This document shows positions 32,892 to 34,007 of a stretch of 34,007 nt of DNA, one piece after another. This DNA is from an uncultured Gemmatimonadota bacterium (lineage in GTDB: Bacteria > Gemmatimonadota > Gemmatimonadetes > Palauibacterales > Palauibacteraceae). The translations under genes and the position numbers were made by a program. How positions within the stretch are numbered: the stretch's first letter is position 1; the number at the start of each line of letters is the position of its first letter. Where the stretch lies: NCBI GenBank assembly GCA_964515425.1, contig CAZEUW010000001.1, positions 1 through 34,007 of the forward strand, written 5' to 3'. Under the pieces are notes generated by a model, which was not told the origin of the DNA, ran no database searches, and saw only the letters and a list, made by a program, of their open reading frames with translations.

Positions 32892-34007
32892 GTCGCCGAG
32901 GAGGGGGAGGCCGCTCGGAACGCCAGGGGGTCGGCCCCCTTCTCGTCGACGTCCACGAGGATCTCGTCGCCGGGAGCGAAGTCGGACATGAGGATGCGTT
33001 CGGAAAGCGGGTCCTCGATGTAGCGCTGGATCGTCCGCTTCAGGGGACGGGCGCCGAATTTCTCGTCGTAGCCTTCCTCGACCAGGAACATCACCGCCTC
33101 GTCGGTGAGGCGCAGCGAGAGCTGCTCCTCGCCCAGCCGGTCCTTGACGTCCTCGAGCATGATGTGGACGATCTCGCCGATCTGCTCCTTGGAGAGCGGG
33201 TGGAACACGATGATGTCGTCCAGACGGTTGAGAAACTCCGGCTGGAACGTGTTCTGGACCTCGTCATGCACCTGCTCCTGGATGCGGTCGTAGTCCATCT
33301 TCCCCTCGGGCGCGTGGAAGCCCAGCGACGTGCCCGAGGTGATGTCCTTCGCACCCACGTTGGACGTCATGATCACGACCGTGTTCCGGAAGTCGATCGT
33401 CCGGCCGTAGTTGTCCGTCAGCCGGCCCTCGTCCAGCACCTGCAGCAGGATGTTGAAGACGTCGGGGTGCGCTTTCTCGATCTCGTCGAGGAGCACGACG
33501 CTGTAGGGGCGGCGACGGACCGCCTTGGTGAGCACGCCGCTCTCCTCGTAGCCCACGTAGCCCGGCGGTGCACCGATGAGCCGGCTGACCGAGAACTTCT
33601 CCATGTACTCGGACATGTCCACACGGATCAGCGCCTGCTCGTCGGCGAAGAGGAATCGGGCGAGCTGCCGCGCCACCTCCGTCTTTCCGACGCCGGTCGG
33701 ACCGCAGAAGACGAAGCTGCCGATCGGTCGGTCCGGGTCCTTGAGGCCGGCCCTCGATCGGCGGATGGCGCGGCTGATCGCTTCGATCGCCTCGTCCTGC
33801 CCGACCACCCGCTCGTGCAGCTCCTCCTCCATACGGAGCAGCCGCTCGGTCTCGCCCTCGCGAAGCCGCGTCACCGGGATGCCGGTCCAGCGCGAGACGA
33901 TGAAGGCGATGTCCTCCTCGGAGACCACCGGTCGGTGCTCCTTGCGCTCGCGCTCCCACTCCTCGCGGCGCCGCTTGATCTCCTCCTGGATCTCCTTCTC
34001 GCGGTCC
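32888..34007 (-). CDS. clpC: Clp/Hsp100 AAA+ ATPase (ClpC/ClpA type), C-terminal D2 module; 5' end lies outside the window
   Basis: Motifs [32 protein letters not shown] (Walker A), [11 protein letters not shown] (Walker B) and the sensor-2 region are present. The frame stays open from 33928 up to the window edge (…[32 protein letters not shown]…), so the tracked M at 33928 is an internal GTG. Confidence 0.9.
   Translation of the reverse strand, partial: DREKEIQEEIKRRREEWERERKEHRPVVSEEDIAFIVSRWTGIPVTRLREGETERLLRMEEELHERVVGQDEAIEAISRAIRRSRAGLKDPDRPIGSFVFCGPTGVGKTEVARQLARFLFADEQALIRVDMSEYMEKFSVSRLIGAPPGYVGYEESGVLTKAVRRRPYSVVLLDEIEKAHPDVFNILLQVLDEGRLTDNYGRTIDFRNTVVIMTSNVGAKDITSGTSLGFHAPEGKMDYDRIQEQVHDEVQNTFQPEFLNRLDDIIVFHPLSKEQIGEIVHIMLEDVKDRLGEEQLSLRLTDEAVMFLVEEGYDEKFGARPLKRTIQRYIEDPLSERILMSDFAPGDEILVDVDEKGADPLAFRAASPSSAT

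Noticed and set aside
1-34007. Defence systems, toxin-antitoxin pairs, CRISPR arrays, prophage or integrative elements, tRNA/rRNA genes and long tandem repeats.
   Set aside because: I did not see any of these. Every sizeable ORF I accept belongs to a housekeeping or envelope family or is a small or TPR-type hypothetical. Apart from the two AT islands and the two low-GC3 patches, I noticed no obvious compositional anomaly.

Overview
This is a high-GC (about 70%), very gene-dense bacterial chromosomal segment. I found no rRNA or tRNA genes, CRISPR arrays, transposases, integrases, prophage genes or recognisable defence genes. The gene content is core housekeeping and cell-envelope biogenesis.

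Layout:
- 1-3098 (+ strand): a three-gene, translationally coupled sugar operon (wecB, a GT4 glycosyltransferase, a Dpm1-like GT2 glycosyltransferase).
- 3099-3416: a gene-free convergent spacer.
- 3417-4148 (- strand): a YfgM-like membrane protein with its own promoter-like island.
- 4203-34007 (- strand): about 30 kb of uninterrupted minus-strand genes, in transcription order clpC (partial), bamA, skp, lpxD, lpxC/fabZ fusion, lpxA, Gfo/Idh/MocA oxidoreductase, a 45-aa micro-ORF, lpxB, DUF374, lpxK, nadB, rlmH, a SAM methyltransferase, bshC, a small membrane protein, murJ, uvrC, gltX, thrC, a secreted TPR protein, der, plsY, gpsA, a mini-MerR regulator, surE, pcm, dedA/yqaA and an orphan protein.

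The lpxC-fabZ fusion, bshC and the very high GC content suggest a Gemmatimonadota or FCB-group organism. That is inference only.

Most long ORFs in the supplied track are high-GC shadow frames or upstream extensions. I re-placed true starts using conserved N-termini and stop/start overlaps.

Observations most worth a second look:
1. Two isolated AT-rich islands share TTTACAT-N8-TATA-like architecture and sit in inverted orientation around the yfgM-like gene. One points into the only long non-coding stretch, which may encode a small or antisense RNA with tandem GGAAAACGG repeats and clustered GGA motifs.
2. An untracked 45-aa membrane micro-ORF is coupled to lpxB.
3. NTGA stop/start overlaps occur at 22 junctions. 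At thrC and lpxD the only available start is a non-canonical codon in a CTGA overlap.
4. A GnnA-like oxidoreductase sits in the lpxA-lpxB slot.
5. A methyltransferase is coupled to bshC and may make N-methyl-bacillithiol.
6. A statistically odd rare-codon patch lies inside the GT2 gene.

I found no clear novel multi-gene system such as a defence island.
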